Positions 50,401 through 63,450 of a DNA stretch of 64,000 nucleotides are shown here, one piece after another. The stretch spans positions 232,068,001 through 232,132,000 of the forward strand of contig NC_086097.1 of the NCBI RefSeq assembly GCF_963921235.1. The letters run 5' to 3'. The position numbers and the translations under genes were made by a program. The notes beneath the pieces are model-generated. The model ran no database searches, was not told where the DNA came from, and was given only the letters and a program-made list of their open reading frames with translations. Origin of the DNA: Mobula hypostoma (Eukaryota). How positions within the stretch are numbered: the stretch's first letter is position 1; each line of letters opens with the position of its first letter.

Positions 50401-51390
50401 GAATAAGTGCTGCTTGATGGTAAAGTCCACTCTACCTTCCACAACTTTACTAACAGTTGCAAGTCCATCAGTGGGGCTGATATTTTCCGGATTGACTTTT
50501 ACTTGCTTTTGTGGGCAAGACACACCAGATTGGCAGGCAGATGCTGTTACTTTTACTTGCTGGAGAAGTTCAGTTGGAAGAGAGCCTGACATTGGAGTAC
50601 AAGTCTTCAGTCATGTCACAATCAGAATCAGGTTTAATAGCCCTGGCACACATTGTGAAATTTGTTGTTTTGCAACAGCAGCACACTGCAATCTTATTTC
50701 TTCTTAAACCCATCACCCCTACATGGGCTTAGGCCGCCAACAGCAGCTTGCTAGAGTGCTCTGTTCTGGGCCGGTTTTTCAAATTGTCTCCAGGTGTAGC
50801 CCATCATTGAAGATCCTTCTCCTGACGACGAGGCCTTTGAGGTTTCTGTAGCACTGGGATTTTATGGGATGCGGTTGCTAGGCCCATACCCAATCCTCCT
50901 CCTTTCACAGCTGGGCTTTGAACTGTCCATGGCAGAGTAGTACATTCCAATACGTAATAATAAAAACAGCCTGGATGCTGTCTGGTCCCACAGCTTTTCT
51001 GTATCCATTGCTCTCAGCCAATTTATGATATCATAGGAACTCAACTAGGTTGGCTGAGATTGATTCCTGTGCTGCTGGGAACCTCCAGTCAAACCCAAGA
51101 TGAATCATTCACTTGGCACTTTGGGCTGATCTGAATGCAAATGATCCAGTTTTGACTTTATACTCGAATGCTGCCACACATGACTACAAAGAAGTATTTG
51201 CAACTAAATCCGTAAGAAGTGCTCAAGTGAATAGACATGTACTCAGAGTCTCTGCCTTGCATTAGGTGAATAATTGTCCACCGTCATTCTTTGCTAGACT
51301 GATGAGCTCTGTTCCGGTCCATTGGTTGTGAAGTTGTTTAGCACTTTCCAGTTTATTACTTTTGCTACTTGCCGTGTTGTAGTTTTACCA

Positions 51391-51692
51391 AGTGTGGGCG
51401 CGTGGCCAAGTGGTTAAGGCATTGGACTAGCGACCTGAAGGTCGTGAGTTCGAGCCCCAGCTGAGCAATGTGTTGTGTCCTTGAGCAAGGCACTTAATCA
51501 CACATTGCTCTGCGACAACACTGGTGCCAAGCTGTGTGGGTCCTAATGCCCTTCCCTTGGACAACATTGGTGTCATGGAGAGGGGAGACTTGCAGCATGG
51601 TCTTCCATACAACCTTGCCCAGGCCTGCGCCCTGGAGAGTGAAGACTTTCCAGGTGCAGATCCATGGTCCCGCAAGACCAACAGATGCCTTA
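51391..51692 (+). mobile_element. Full-length tRNA-derived CORE-like SINE with RTE-type tail
   Basis: gggcgcgtggccaagtggttaaggc...gttcgagcc; 11-bp TSD tagttttacca (51380-51390, 51693-51703). Confidence 0.9.
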
Positions 51693-52319
51693 TAGTTTTA
51701 CCAGGGAGGCACCTTTATCTGGTGATGTTCCCTGCCCTTCTGCACTGGGTGATCCCCTGGTTGATCCCTTGATTATCCTGGAAATAATGGTAGAGTGAGG
51801 TGTACACTAATCCATGAAGTTTCAGGTTGTGGAATACAGTATGTCTCATCATAATGCCACAAGATGAAGTGGAGAGGTCTAAAACTCACAGATGATGGTG
51901 CCAGAGTCTTGGGACTTGGGTGAGGTTTAATCGACATGGTCTGTGGATTGGACTCTGCAGTTCATGTTATAATATGTTCATAGTTTCCTTTTTCCTTGCT
52001 ATTTTGTGCTATTTTAATTGGGGTGGACTCGCTCTGCAGCCTGGAGCCAACGAACGACACAGCACTAAACTGAATGGAACTGGACATTCCTAGGCTGTTT
52101 CAATGTGTTTTGGTGTTTTATATTCCATGTGTTTTTCACTCATTCTTTGCCGTTTGGGAGATTTGTGTTTTTTTTTTGCATGTTGGGAGTTTGATGTTTT
52201 CGTTGAGCAGGTTCCATGGTGTATCTTTGTTCCGTGACTGCCTGTGGGGAAGATGAATCTCAGGGTTGTACACTGCATACATACTTTGATGGTAAATGTA
52301 CTTTGAATCTTTCACTTTG

Positions 52320-53240
52320 AGTCAGAGAGACAGAGTCATAGAACACCAGAGCACAAAACAGGCCCTGTAGTCTGTGCCGAACTATTATTCTGCCTAGTCC
52401 CATTCACTGGCACCTGGAACATAGACCTCCATACCCTTCTCATCCAGGTACTCATTCACACTTCTCCTAAATATTGAAGTCAATCCTGCATCCACTACTT
52501 CTGCTGCAGCTCGTTCCACACTCTCACTACCCTCTGAGTGAAAATGTTCCCCTTAAATAGTTCACCTTTCACCCTTAAGCTATGACCTCTAGTTCTAGTT
52601 CCACCCAACCTCAGTTGAAAACTAGTTTGCTTGCATTTACCGTGCCTACATCACTCATGATTTTGTATACTTTTCTCAAATCTCCCCTCATTCTCCTCAT
52701 TGTTGTAAACACTGGCATGTTTATTGGACTGAATAGCCTGTTTCTGTGTTGTAAAATAGAGTAAAATTAATGCTCCCCTGCTACTGGAGATGAGATGTAT
52801 GTGTAGTGAAAGAATCTTAAAAATCTCTGGACATTTTGTGGTAAACTATGAAGAGTACATTTGCCAAAAGCCTTTTCTTCTCTGTATCCGTCGTGCGCAA
52901 TACTCAGAAGCTATTTTGATACGAGTGTGAGTTGGACTTGGAGTCATAGAGCCACAGAGCAGGCCCTTTGGTCCATCTAGTCTGTGCCAGCCTGGTGCTA
53001 CCTACCTGCACTCTGACCATAGCTCCCTGTACCCCACTCATCCATGCACTATCCAAACCTCTCTTATTTGTTACACTTGAACTTTCATCTACCACTTGCA
53101 CTGGTAGCTCATTCCATGCTCATGCTCCCTCTGAGGGAAGAAGATACCCCTCAGATCCCCCTAAAATATTTCACCTTCCACCCTCAAACCTGTGACCTCT
53201 AGCTCCAGACTCACCCAGCTTGAAGGGAACAAGTCTCCAA
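52320..53240 (-). mobile_element. Two CR1 3' end fragments (52320-52700, 52940-53240)
   Basis: gagtcatag tails; gctcgttccacactctcactaccctctgagtgaaa = reverse complement of FTQRVVxxWNxL. Confidence 0.75.
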
Positions 53241-53721
53241 GCTTAATATGTTCCCGAGAGATTCATAATGGAAACTGGATGCACACTGGCAGATGCAACA
53301 CTGAATTCAACGGAGACACGGCAGGGTTTTGTGGACATAATCTGCGGTAAGTTCATTCAGCTCAGAAGAGGTTGTAAGTGGCCAGCCAAAAGCTGTAAAG
53401 GAATCAGAATCAGAATTGTGATTTTATATATTCCACCGATTCCACCAACGTGTGCCACTGAACACCACAGGAGTTCCTTTCCCCCTGTGGCTATAAGCCT
53501 CTATAACTCCTCCTCCTTAAGTATTTAGGTACATAGTTGCAGTACACATCTGTATTTTGCACTATTACTTCTTAATGCATATTTTATTTTCTCTTTCGCA
53601 CCTCCATGCTTGCATTTTGTATTTTAAAGTAGATATTTCTGACCGAGTAACCTTACATCAATAATTTCCTTTGGGTAAATAAAGGTATATCTTACCTTAA
53701 ACAGGAACATATTGTGATTTC

Positions 53722-53853
53722 AAACACAAAAGATTCTGCAGGTAATGGCAATCCAGAGTAACACATACAGAATGCTGGAGGAACTCAGCAGGCCAGGTAG
53801 CATCTATGGAGGGGAATAAACAGTCAACAGTTTGGACGGAGATCCTTCATCAG
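53722..53853 (-). mobile_element. Penelope-like family A terminus, truncated at the hammerhead
   Basis: aaacacaaaagattctgcag...atgctggaggaactcagcagg...cttcatcag. Confidence 0.75.
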
Positions 53854-54271
53854 CAATCATTTGATGATTCCCCTTCGAACAGTACGAATAGAATCATTAT
53901 TTTCTGGCACTATCTGCAATTCCTATTTAGATTGCTGTTCTCTGAATTCACACTCAAATGTGGTGTGGTTGAGGTCAAATGAATGCACTTTTGTGAAGAT
54001 TCCCTAAGGTAAAGAGGCTGCTGATGCTCATTATCTACCTACTCACAAAAAAATGGTGAATTACTGGAGGTCTATTGGCTCTGGAGGACTCAAAGGTGAG
54101 TTTACCGTTTTGAAAGGAGTACAGAGAAATAGAGGGAAAATATCTCTGCAAGGAGAGGATAAGTCCTTTAGAAATATTTGCAGATTCTTATGAAAGCAAA
54201 ATGAGTATTTTCCTTTTACTGTAATGTCATTTTCATAAACCAATGCATTGAGGTTCCCTGTTCATGTAGAT

Positions 54272-54343
54272 CTGGGGTTTGCAACCTGGGATCCATGGTT
54301 AATGGTCAGGGTCCATGGCATAAAAAGAGGTTGGGAACCCCTG
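54272..54343. mobile_element. Miniature hAT MITE (72 bp)
   Basis: ctggggtttgcaacct / aggttgggaacccctg; TSD atgtagat / atgtagaa. Confidence 0.8.
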
Positions 54344-56324
54344 ATGTAGAATGATATGGCCACGCAGGTGTGAACTGTGAGTAAACATCTTAACCCACAA
54401 CTTGTGCGTGAGAAATATAATAATTGTACAAGGGTATGTCACCACCTGTTTTCCAACCTGCCTGGAGTAATTCATTTTGTTTACCCTCACCCACCTTCTC
54501 CAGTCTCAGGAGCCTGAAAAAAATACTTTTATTATTTGCAATCTGCACACAGAGGTAGTCATTAAGGTTGATGCGTAGTTTATTGTTGCTAGTCTAGCTG
54601 CCTACCCCAACAGGTGCCAGGCACCCTCCTGTAAAATATTGACCCTGAATTATGTGCACAGGCAATGACGAATTCTGTTTACATGTACGACTGCTTTCCT
54701 TTGCACCCAGCTTGTACTGGTAATAAAAGTTTATAACTATATGTTACCTTCAGATTCATTCCTATCCTCCCATCTTGGCTAATAATCTAAAGGTTTATTT
54801 AGTTAAATTAGGTTAGGTATCGTGAATTGGATCACTGCTGGTAAATTAAATGCAGCCTCGAAACCCAGCTATTTATTAAAAGAATGAATTGGCCGAGTGC
54901 CCAGTTTTGGGAATGTGTTTCTCATACTCTCTGCAAACCTTGGACATTGGCAAACAAATGTTTCTGAAATGTTTTTTTTCTTTTTCTAAGCTGAAAATGT
55001 CACGCAGCCTTGAGAATAAAATAAATGAAATATTTAGACCAGCTGAAAATGATAACACATGAATGTGTTTTATTCTGCAAAAAAGAGCAGTTGAGATAAA
55101 TGTAATTGGTCGACAATTTTGTTTTTGAGCGAAAATGCGAGCACAGAAACCATGGAAGATTGCGCAAGCGCTGGAGGGGAGGAGAACGGCTCGGGAAGAG
55201 GAGGAGGGTTTTAGTCTTGTTTGATGCAGTTCAGTTGAACAAAGGTTGGAAAAAAATGTTAGACGGAGTCAGAACAGCGTTGAGGGGAAAACAACATGTC
55301 CTGTTGATCCTTTCAGCTTTCCCATCTATGCAATAGTAAGAAAATTATTGGTGATGCTCAGCATTCTGTTGCTCCTTGTAGTTCAGTGGATCAGTCTACT
55401 GCTCAGGAACAGGAACTTATCCTGAGACCTTTTAGAATGCAGGCTTATTCTTCCGATATCAGCCACACCTGAAAATTTGAGGTCACGCGCAGAGGATGAA
55501 GTACTTGGAGGTCTGATAATTCTCATAAATTAGCAGAAAGTCCTGGTCTGACACTTATATGCCAGCATGGCATTGGGTCATGCAGACCAGAATGGCCTAG
55601 ATCTTTGGCTGTGATCGTACCAGGAACCTTATGGCTGGCCTCAACGTCCTGAGCCAGCAGCAACAGAATCATTGCCCTCGCTCCTGGTCACTTTCAATGA
55701 CCTTAGGTGGAAAGTGCTTGCTCATGCTGGGTGAAACAGGATCAGGATCATTGATAAAACTCAGTCCATATCTGATACCGATAGAACACAATACAACATG
55801 TAGTTAATATGTTTTGCGAAGAGGACTATAAATACGGCACGTTGGCGACTGGGTGGAAGAAGAAAAGAACAAAATAGTTTTTAAAATATTTTTGTATAAT
55901 CATAGATTAATAAGAACAAAGGAGGCCAGGAGCCAATTGTGCTCATGCCAATCTCTACAAAGAGCTCTTCAATCCACTACTCCTGACATGGCATTATGTA
56001 ATTCTTTTTCTGCTTCAGGTACATGGCAAATTTTGCTTTGAAAGCTATCATTGAATCTGTTTTAACCAGCCTTTCAGGCTGTGCTGCTTGCTGTGGTTTT
56101 GGTTTTAAATGGATATCCATGTCTGAATATCACATAGGTGTTTTTAAACTTGGACCAGGATCTGGATTCCTATCACTTGCTGGAGATTTGCAAATCCAGA
56201 GCGAACTAGCAGTAAAATTGCTGGAATTTACCAACATTAACAGCACATGGCCCGCTTGTTAAGAGCTTGCATCTCCAAATGGGCTTATAAATTTGTGATG
56301 ACCATGTTATTTCATTTCTGGTGA

Positions 56325-56447
56325 AATACTGGGTCATAGCACATTGAGTCGTACAACATGGCCACAGGCTCTTCAGCCCAGTGAATACTGGGTCATAGCA
56401 CATTGAGTCGTACAACATGGCCACAGGCTCTTCAGCCCAGTGAATAC
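56325..56447. repeat. Perfect 59-bp tandem duplication at a CR1 3' junction
   Basis: Units 56325-56383 and 56384-56442 are identical (aatactgggtcatagc...cagcccagtg). Confidence 0.95.
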
Positions 56448-57082
56448 ATTCTAATCATTGTGTCCAGACAGTCGGCCCCAGTTTACTCTCTTTAGCCCGT
56501 ATCCCTCTCAGCACTGTCCCTCCATATACTGATCCAGGTGCTTCTTAAGTGATACTGTTATACTCACCTCAACCACTTCCTCTGGCAGTTCGCTCCATAT
56601 ACTCACCACCCACAGCAGTAAAAATTTGCCCCCAGGTACCTATTAAATGGAGGGCTATGGTCCCAGTGCAGGTCGATGGGAGTAGGCAGTTTAAGCAGTT
56701 TGGCATGGACTAGATCACCCGTAGGTCCTGTGTCAGTGCTGTACTTTTCTATGACTCCACGACTCTAAATCTATGCCCCCTAGTTTTGGACTCCCCTACC
56801 TGGAGGGAAAATATTCTTACCACCTACCTTATCTATGGCCCCAATAATTTTAAACATTATTATCAGGTCACGCCCTCATTAACCCACGTTTCAAGGAATA
56901 AAGGTTTAGCCTCTGCCTAGGACCCAAACCCTCTAGTCCTGGCAACATCCTTGTAGATATTTCCTGCACTCCTTCCAGTTTAACCATATCTTTCTTGTAA
57001 CAGGGTGGCCAAAACAACACAGTGCTTCAAGCGTGGCCTCACCAACAAGTTACACAGCGCCAGCATAAAGTCCCAACTCTTA
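56333..57082 (-). mobile_element. CR1 3' relic with a small nested plus-strand CR1 tail (~56645-56765)
   Basis: Colinear with other CR1 3' ends in the window. Confidence 0.7.
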
Positions 57083-57379
57083 CACTGCCTTTGACACAGT
57101 AGACCACAACATTCTCCTGGATCACCGTAAGAACTGGGTTGGTCTCTGCAATAGTGCCCTTAATTGGTTTTGTTCATGCATCATAGAGAGAAAATTTTTT
57201 TGTCTGTCTTGGAGACCAGTTTTCTAAGAATTACAATGTGCTGCTCAGGGAAGCTGAAAGGGCAAGTAACATTATGAAGCTTCCCACCCACTCTGTCCAG
57301 GGAACACTTGTCCTACTTCCATCACCTCTAGAAGGCTATGCAGCATCCACACCAGGACAACCAGATTCAGAAATTGTTA

Positions 57380-57689
57380 ATTAAAGGCATCTGTTAGTCT
57401 TGCGAGACCATGGATCTGCGCCTGGAAAGTCTTCGCTCTCCAGGGCGCAGGCCTGAGCAAGGTTGTATGGAAGACCAGCAGTTGCCCATGCTGCAAGTCT
57501 CCCTTCTCCACAACACCAATGTTGTCCAAGGGAAGGGCATTAGGACCCATACAGCTTGGCACCAGTGTCGTCGCAGAGCAGTGTGTGATTAAGTGCCTTG
57601 CTCAAAGCCACAACACGTTCCCTCGGCTGGGGCTCGACCTTCAGGTCGCTAGTCCAATGCCTTGGCCGCTTGGCCACGTGCCCACAATT
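57380..57689 (-). mobile_element. tRNA-derived CORE-like SINE with RTE-type tail
   Basis: Reverse complement of 51391-51692; 10-bp TSD gaaattgtta (57370-57379, 57690-57699). Confidence 0.9.
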
Positions 57690-58923
57690 GAAATTGTTAC
57701 TCTTCCTCCAAGCAGTGAGGCTGATCAACATCTTCAGCCACTAAGTCACCCCTCCACACTCCCAACCACCACTACTTTATCATTTCCTGTCAGTTACCAC
57801 ATGTATGGACACTCCCGTGCCTAGTATTACTTTATGGACATACAATCAATCTGTGTTTATAAGCTATCTTCAGTATTTATATTTATTTTGGTTTTTTTAA
57901 AATCACAATTGTGCTCCTTATCTTATAAAGGATATTTCTGAGCTGTATTGGATCTGGAGCAACAATTATTTCATTCTCCTTTACACTTGTGTACTGCAAA
58001 TGACATTAACTAATCTTAAATCGTGAATCTTGAATCTTGGCCCCCTGCTCTTCTCGTTACACACGCACCCCTTAGCAGACCTCATTAGAGAGCATAAACT
58101 TCATTTCTAGAGTTCTGCAGATGCCACACAATTGTATATTTCTGTTGAGCCTGATGATGATAACACCCTCTCTCTCTGACTTCTGGCATGGCTGCAATAT
58201 ACAAATGGATGAGCAATGATTTCCTAAAACTAAACAAAAATAAAACTGATATACTTTTGGTCGGTCCCAAAACAGAAAGAGGTAAACTTCTTGATAAACT
58301 TGAAAACTTGGCTCGGCTTGTAAAATCAGAAGTAACAAACCTGGGTGTTCTTGATTCAGATTTGAATTTTAAATCCCACATAAAGGAAGTGACCAGAGCA
58401 GAACTTCTACACTTAAGAAATATTTTGCAAAGGTGCAGTATGTCCATTCCTATCACATGGTGATGCTAAAAAACCAACTCACACCTTTATATCAAATAGA
58501 CTAGATTACTGCAATGCACTTTTTACTGGCCTTCTAAAGCAACCTATTGACAGACTTTAACTCATTCAGAATACTGTGGCTGGACTTTTAACTCAAACCA
58601 GGTTGTTGAAGCATATCTCTCCCATATTAGCCACTCTGCATTGGCTTCCTCTGTCTTTTAGAATTGATTTTAAAGTTCTCTTACCTTTTTGAAAGCTCTC
58701 AATGGTGTGGGACCAGAGAACATCACAGAATCGCTTTTGTTCTATAATCCTCCCTGAGCTCTCAGTCGTCTTCTGCCGGTCTCTTAAATTTAAACAATCT
58801 CCCTCAAAAGATAATTGGCAGGTCAGTATCCCAAACATTGGAACTCAATACCTAAAACTAAAAGGGATGCAGACTCAGTTGACGCTTTTAAGTACCAGCT
58901 CAAAACCTATTTATGTAATCTTC

Positions 58924-59052
58924 CTGGTGAATGCAGCAGGCCAGGCACTATTTCAGGCCGAGACCCTTCGTCAGGACTAACTGAAAGAAGAGCTAGTAGC
59001 TCTTTTATGTGTGTTGCTTGAAATTCCAGCATCTGCAGATTTTCTTGTGTTT
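58924..59052. mobile_element. Inverted (minus then plus) Penelope family A micro-insertion
   Basis: Minus piece with CTGACGA...GAAA, junction hairpin aagagctagtagctctt, plus-strand terminus; taatctt occurs on both flanks. Confidence 0.8.
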
Positions 59053-59429
59053 GTGTTGTATAATCTTTCGTTTAACTCACGTCATTTTGTCTTCAATTTT
59101 TATGTTTGCACTTTATCCCATTGTAAAGCACTTTGAACTACATCACTCATATGAAAAGTGCTCTGTAAATAAGATAATATTATTATCGCAGTCAATTTTT
59201 TGACTGATAAACACTATTTTCATTACCCTCTTTACCTGTGATGCCCATTTCAATGATCTGTGTAGTTGTACTTCCAGATTTCTCTGTTCCATTTCCTCCC
59301 TATTGCCCTACTATTCATAGCATAAGTCCTCTGCTGGTTTGATTTTCCGAAATGCATCACCTCATGCCTACCTGCATTGAAATCCATTTTCCACTCCTCT
59401 CCTCCCTTCCTTCACCGATTAAGATTCTG

Positions 59430-59730
59430 AGTATTTATTTATTTCGAGGTACAGAGCGGAATAGGCTCTTATGGCCCTTCGAACTGCATCTGCCAGAAAC
59501 CCACTGATTTAACCCTGGCCCAGTCATGGCACAATTTAAGTGACCATGTAACCTACTAACCGGTACATCTCCGCCTGTGGGAGGAAACCTGGAGCACCCA
59601 GAGGAAACCCATACTCACATGGGAAGGAATGTACAAAATTGCTTAGAGAGGACCCCAGAATTGAGCTCCGAACCCCAATGCCCCAGGCTGTGATAGTGTT
59701 GTACTAACCGCTGCACTGCTGTAGCACCCC
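59430..59730 (-). mobile_element. V-SINE within a CR1 relic
   Basis: tgtgggaggaaacctggagcacccagaggaaaccca; (tatt)n tail. Confidence 0.8.
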
Positions 59731-59964
59731 AAGATCCCCCTGTAGTTAAGATAACCTGCTTCATTATTAACAATTTGTCTCCATTTCATGTTGTCTACAA
59801 ATTTATCGTTCAAGCCTTGTGTATTTACATCCAAATCATTGGTATAAATAACCAATACAAACAGTCCCTGTGGCATACCAATTGTCGTCGACCTCCACTC
59901 CAAGAAACAAGTTTCAACCACACGCTCTGCTTTCTATCTCGGATCCATCTAGCTATTTAGCCCA

Positions 59965-62900
59965 GAACATAGAACAATACAGGACAGGAACAGGTCCTTG
60001 AGCCCACAGTGTTGTGCCAGACCCGCTAAAAAGCAAATCAAAAACACCCAAATACTAATCCCTCCTATCTACACAATGTCCATATTCCTCCATCTTCCTC
60101 CCAATCACGTGCCTATCTAAATGTCTCTTAAAAGCCTCTGATGTATTTGCCTCTACCACCACATCAGGCAGCATGTTCCAGGCTTCCACCTCTCTCTGAG
60201 TAAAAAAACCAAACCCTCACATTCCCTTTGAACCTACCCCCTCTTATCCCCAATGCATGCCCTCTGGTATTAGACATTTCTACCCTGGGAAACAGATGCT
60301 CCCTCTCTAATCTATCTATGCCACTCATAAACTTATAAACCTCTATCAGATCTCCCCTCAGCCATTGCCGTTCCAGAGAAAACAACCCACGTTTATCCAA
60401 CCTCTCATGATAGCACGTGCTCTCTAAACCAGGCAGCGTCCTGGTAAATGTCTTCTGCACCCTCTCCAAAGCCTCAACATCCTATGTATAGTGGGGTGAC
60501 CAGAACTGTATGCAATGCTACAGATGTGGCCAACCCAGAGCTTTATAGAGTTGCAACAGAACCTCTTGACTTTTGAACGCAATGCCTTGGCTATAAAAGC
60601 AATAATTCCACCCTATCTTAACCACCCTATTGACCTGTGTAACCACTTTCAAGCAGCAATGACCTTGGATCCCAAGAACTCTGCTCAGCAACACTGTTAA
60701 AGATCTTGCCCTTAACAATGTACTGTCTCCTTGCATTTACCCTACCAAGTTGCAACACCTCACATTTAACTGGGTTAAACTCCATCTGCCATTTCTTTGC
60801 CCATATCTGCAACTGGTCTATATCATGCTGTATTCTTTGCCAGTCAACTACACTATCCATAACTCAACCAATCTTGCATCATCTGCAAACTTACTAACCA
60901 CGCAAATACATTTTCATCCAGGTCATTTATATACATCACAAACAGCAGAGGTCCCAGCACAGATCTCTGTAGAACATTAATTACAGACCTCCTGCTCGAA
61001 TAGGTCCCTTCAACCACTATCTTCTGTCTTCTATGTGCAAGCCAGCTTGAATCCAAACAGCCAATTCACCATGGACCCCATGCATCCTAATCTTCTGGAT
61101 GAGCCTCCCATGAGGGACTTAGAAAATGCCTCGCTGAAATCCATATAGACAACATCTACTGCCCTACCTTCATCATTCTCTCTAGTCACCTTGTCAAAAA
61201 ACTCAATCAACTTGGTGAGACATGACCTGTCCTGCACAAACAAGAGAAAACCTGCGGATGCTGGAAAACCGAGCAACACGCGCAAAATGCTGAGTTCTGC
61301 CAGCATTTTGCATGTGCTGCCCACACAAAACTATGTTGACTCTTCCTAATTAGGCCATGGGTTTCCAAATGCTTATATATCCTATCCCTGAGAAGTTCTC
61401 CAGCAATTTCCCTACAGCCAACATGAGACTCACAGGTGTATTGTCCCAGGATTTTCCTTGTTCCCTTCTTAAATAGAGGTATAATATTAGCCACTTGCCA
61501 GTCCTCCGGGACCTCACCTGTGGCTAGAGAGGACAAGAAGATACTGGTCAAGGCACCACCAATCTCGTTTCTTGCCTTCTTCAATAATCTGGGGGAAATC
61601 CCATCAGGCTTTAGGGACTTAGCTCCCTTAATACTTATTAGGAGGCCCAACACTTCCTCGTCCTTGACCTCTAAATGCACTAACATATTTATACACTCAG
61701 TACTGATCTCCATGTCCTTGAGTACTCATTAAGTACCCCATGTACATTCTCTGTATCCAGACAAGTGTTTCCCCCTTTATCCTTGAGTGGTCCTACCCTC
61801 TCCCAAGTTATCCTCTTGCTCTTGATGTATGTATAGAATGCATTGGGATTCACCTTAATCCTACTTGCCAAGAACTGTTCATGGGTCCTCCTGGCTTTCC
61901 CAATTTCCTTCTTTAGTCCTTCTCTGGCTTCTTTATACTCTACATGTGCTTCATTTGATCTTAACTTCTGAGGCTTAACATACTTTTCCCTTTTCTTCTG
62001 GACTAAAGTCATCACCTCTCTGGACATCTGAGGTTCTCAGTTTTCCATCTCTGCCCTTCTTTCTAACAGGAACATACCTCTCCTGTACTCTGTGCAATTG
62101 CTCTTTAATCACCCTCCTGTCTGATGTGGACTTGCCAGAAAAAAGGTGTTCCCAATTAACTCTTCTTAGTTCCTGCCTAATGCCCTACTCCAATTTAAAA
62201 CTCTTCCACTAGGACCATACCTATCCTTATCTATAGCTATCCTGGAAGTTAAGGAGTTGTGGCCATTGTTCCCAAACTGTTCACCTGGCCAGGCTCATTA
62301 TCCAACAACAGGTCCAGTACAGCCCCTCCTCCTATTGGACCAACCACATGTTGATTTAAGGAACCCTCCTGGATAGACTTAACAAATTCTGCCTCATTTA
62401 AACCCCTTCTAATAAGAAGATCCTAGTTTATATTAGGGAAGTTGACAAAAGCCCTGTTCTTTTTACACAATTCTGAACTCTGATGGCATATTTGTTCCTC
62501 AGCGTCCCAGTGGATATTGCGGGGGGGGCGCGTGGTATAGTACAATCCTATCAATGTGATTGCACCCTTCCTAACCCTGAGTTCCACCCAAGTGGACTCA
62601 GTGTCTGACCCCTCCATTAGGTCTCCCATGAGCACAGCTCTGACATTGTCCCTGTGAAATTATTAGTAGTGGAACTCCCAGCCCCCAGCCCCTTACCTCC
62701 TTCTTTATCTTTTCTAAAACTTCGAAAACCTTGTACATCCCTCTCTCAGCCAGGTTTTAGTACAACATCATAGTTCCACGTACTGATCGATGCTCTAAAG
62801 TTCATTACCCTTACCCAGAATATTCCTAGTGTTAAAATACACACCCGTCAAACTATCTGACTCATCATAGCTGTTAGTTCAACTTTGCTTTTCAATTCTT

Positions 62901-63450
62901 TCCCTGACATTTACCTTCCAGTCTGAGCCTTCCCTTATTGACCTGGGGTTCCGGTTCCCAGGCCCCTGCAAAACTAACTGAAACTCTCCCGACAAGCATC
63001 AGCAAACCTCCCAGCCGGGATACTGGTTCCCCTCCAGTTCAGATGTATTTTCTCCCTCTTGTACAGGTCACCCCTTCCCCAGAAAAGGTTCCAATGATCC
63101 AAGAACTTGGAACTCCTGTCCCCTCATCTCCACGTCATTCTTATTCATCCATGCTACCACCCCATTGCTACCTGGACGAGCCCTTGATACTGGGAGTTAT
63201 CCGATGATTACTACCTTGGAGGTCCTTCTCTTCAGCCTTTTTCCTAACTGTATATACTTACTCTGTAGGACCTCTTCCCCTTTCCTGTCTCTGTTGTTGG
63301 TGCCAAAATGCACCACGACCTCTGGCAGTTCGCCCTCCCCCTTGGGAATATCCTGCAACCACTCTGATACGTCTTACACCTTCTGGGAGGTAACACACCA
63401 CCTTGATGTCTGTCTTGCAGCCACAGAATCTCCTTTCTGTCCCCTTAATT
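59965..63450 (-). mobile_element. Long degraded CR1 (ORF1 relic, APE, RT, 3' UTR)
   Basis: ORFs with TESTWVELR (APE), PEDWQVANIIPLFKKG, SCLTKLIEFFD, WQMEFNPVKC, ERVQKTFTR; agaacatagaaca tail. Confidence 0.9.

Larger units (their letters stand above)
57083..59187 (+). mobile_element. L2 LINE RT and 3' portion, interrupted by a Rex1 tail, a SINE and a Penelope insert
   Basis: gcctttgacacagtagaccacaacattctc (AFDTVDHNIL), ggccccctgctcttc (GPLLF), WMSNDFLKLNKNKTD, agactagattactgcaat (RLDYCN), ctgcattggcttcct (LHWLP); tail tgtaaagcactttga...aaataagataatattatt. Confidence 0.85.

Noticed and set aside
51391..51462. tRNA-like sequence with A and B boxes (also at 11959, 18755, 57620)
   Set aside because: It continues into a SINE body with TSDs and lacks a proper acceptor stem and terminator; it is a SINE head, not a tRNA gene.
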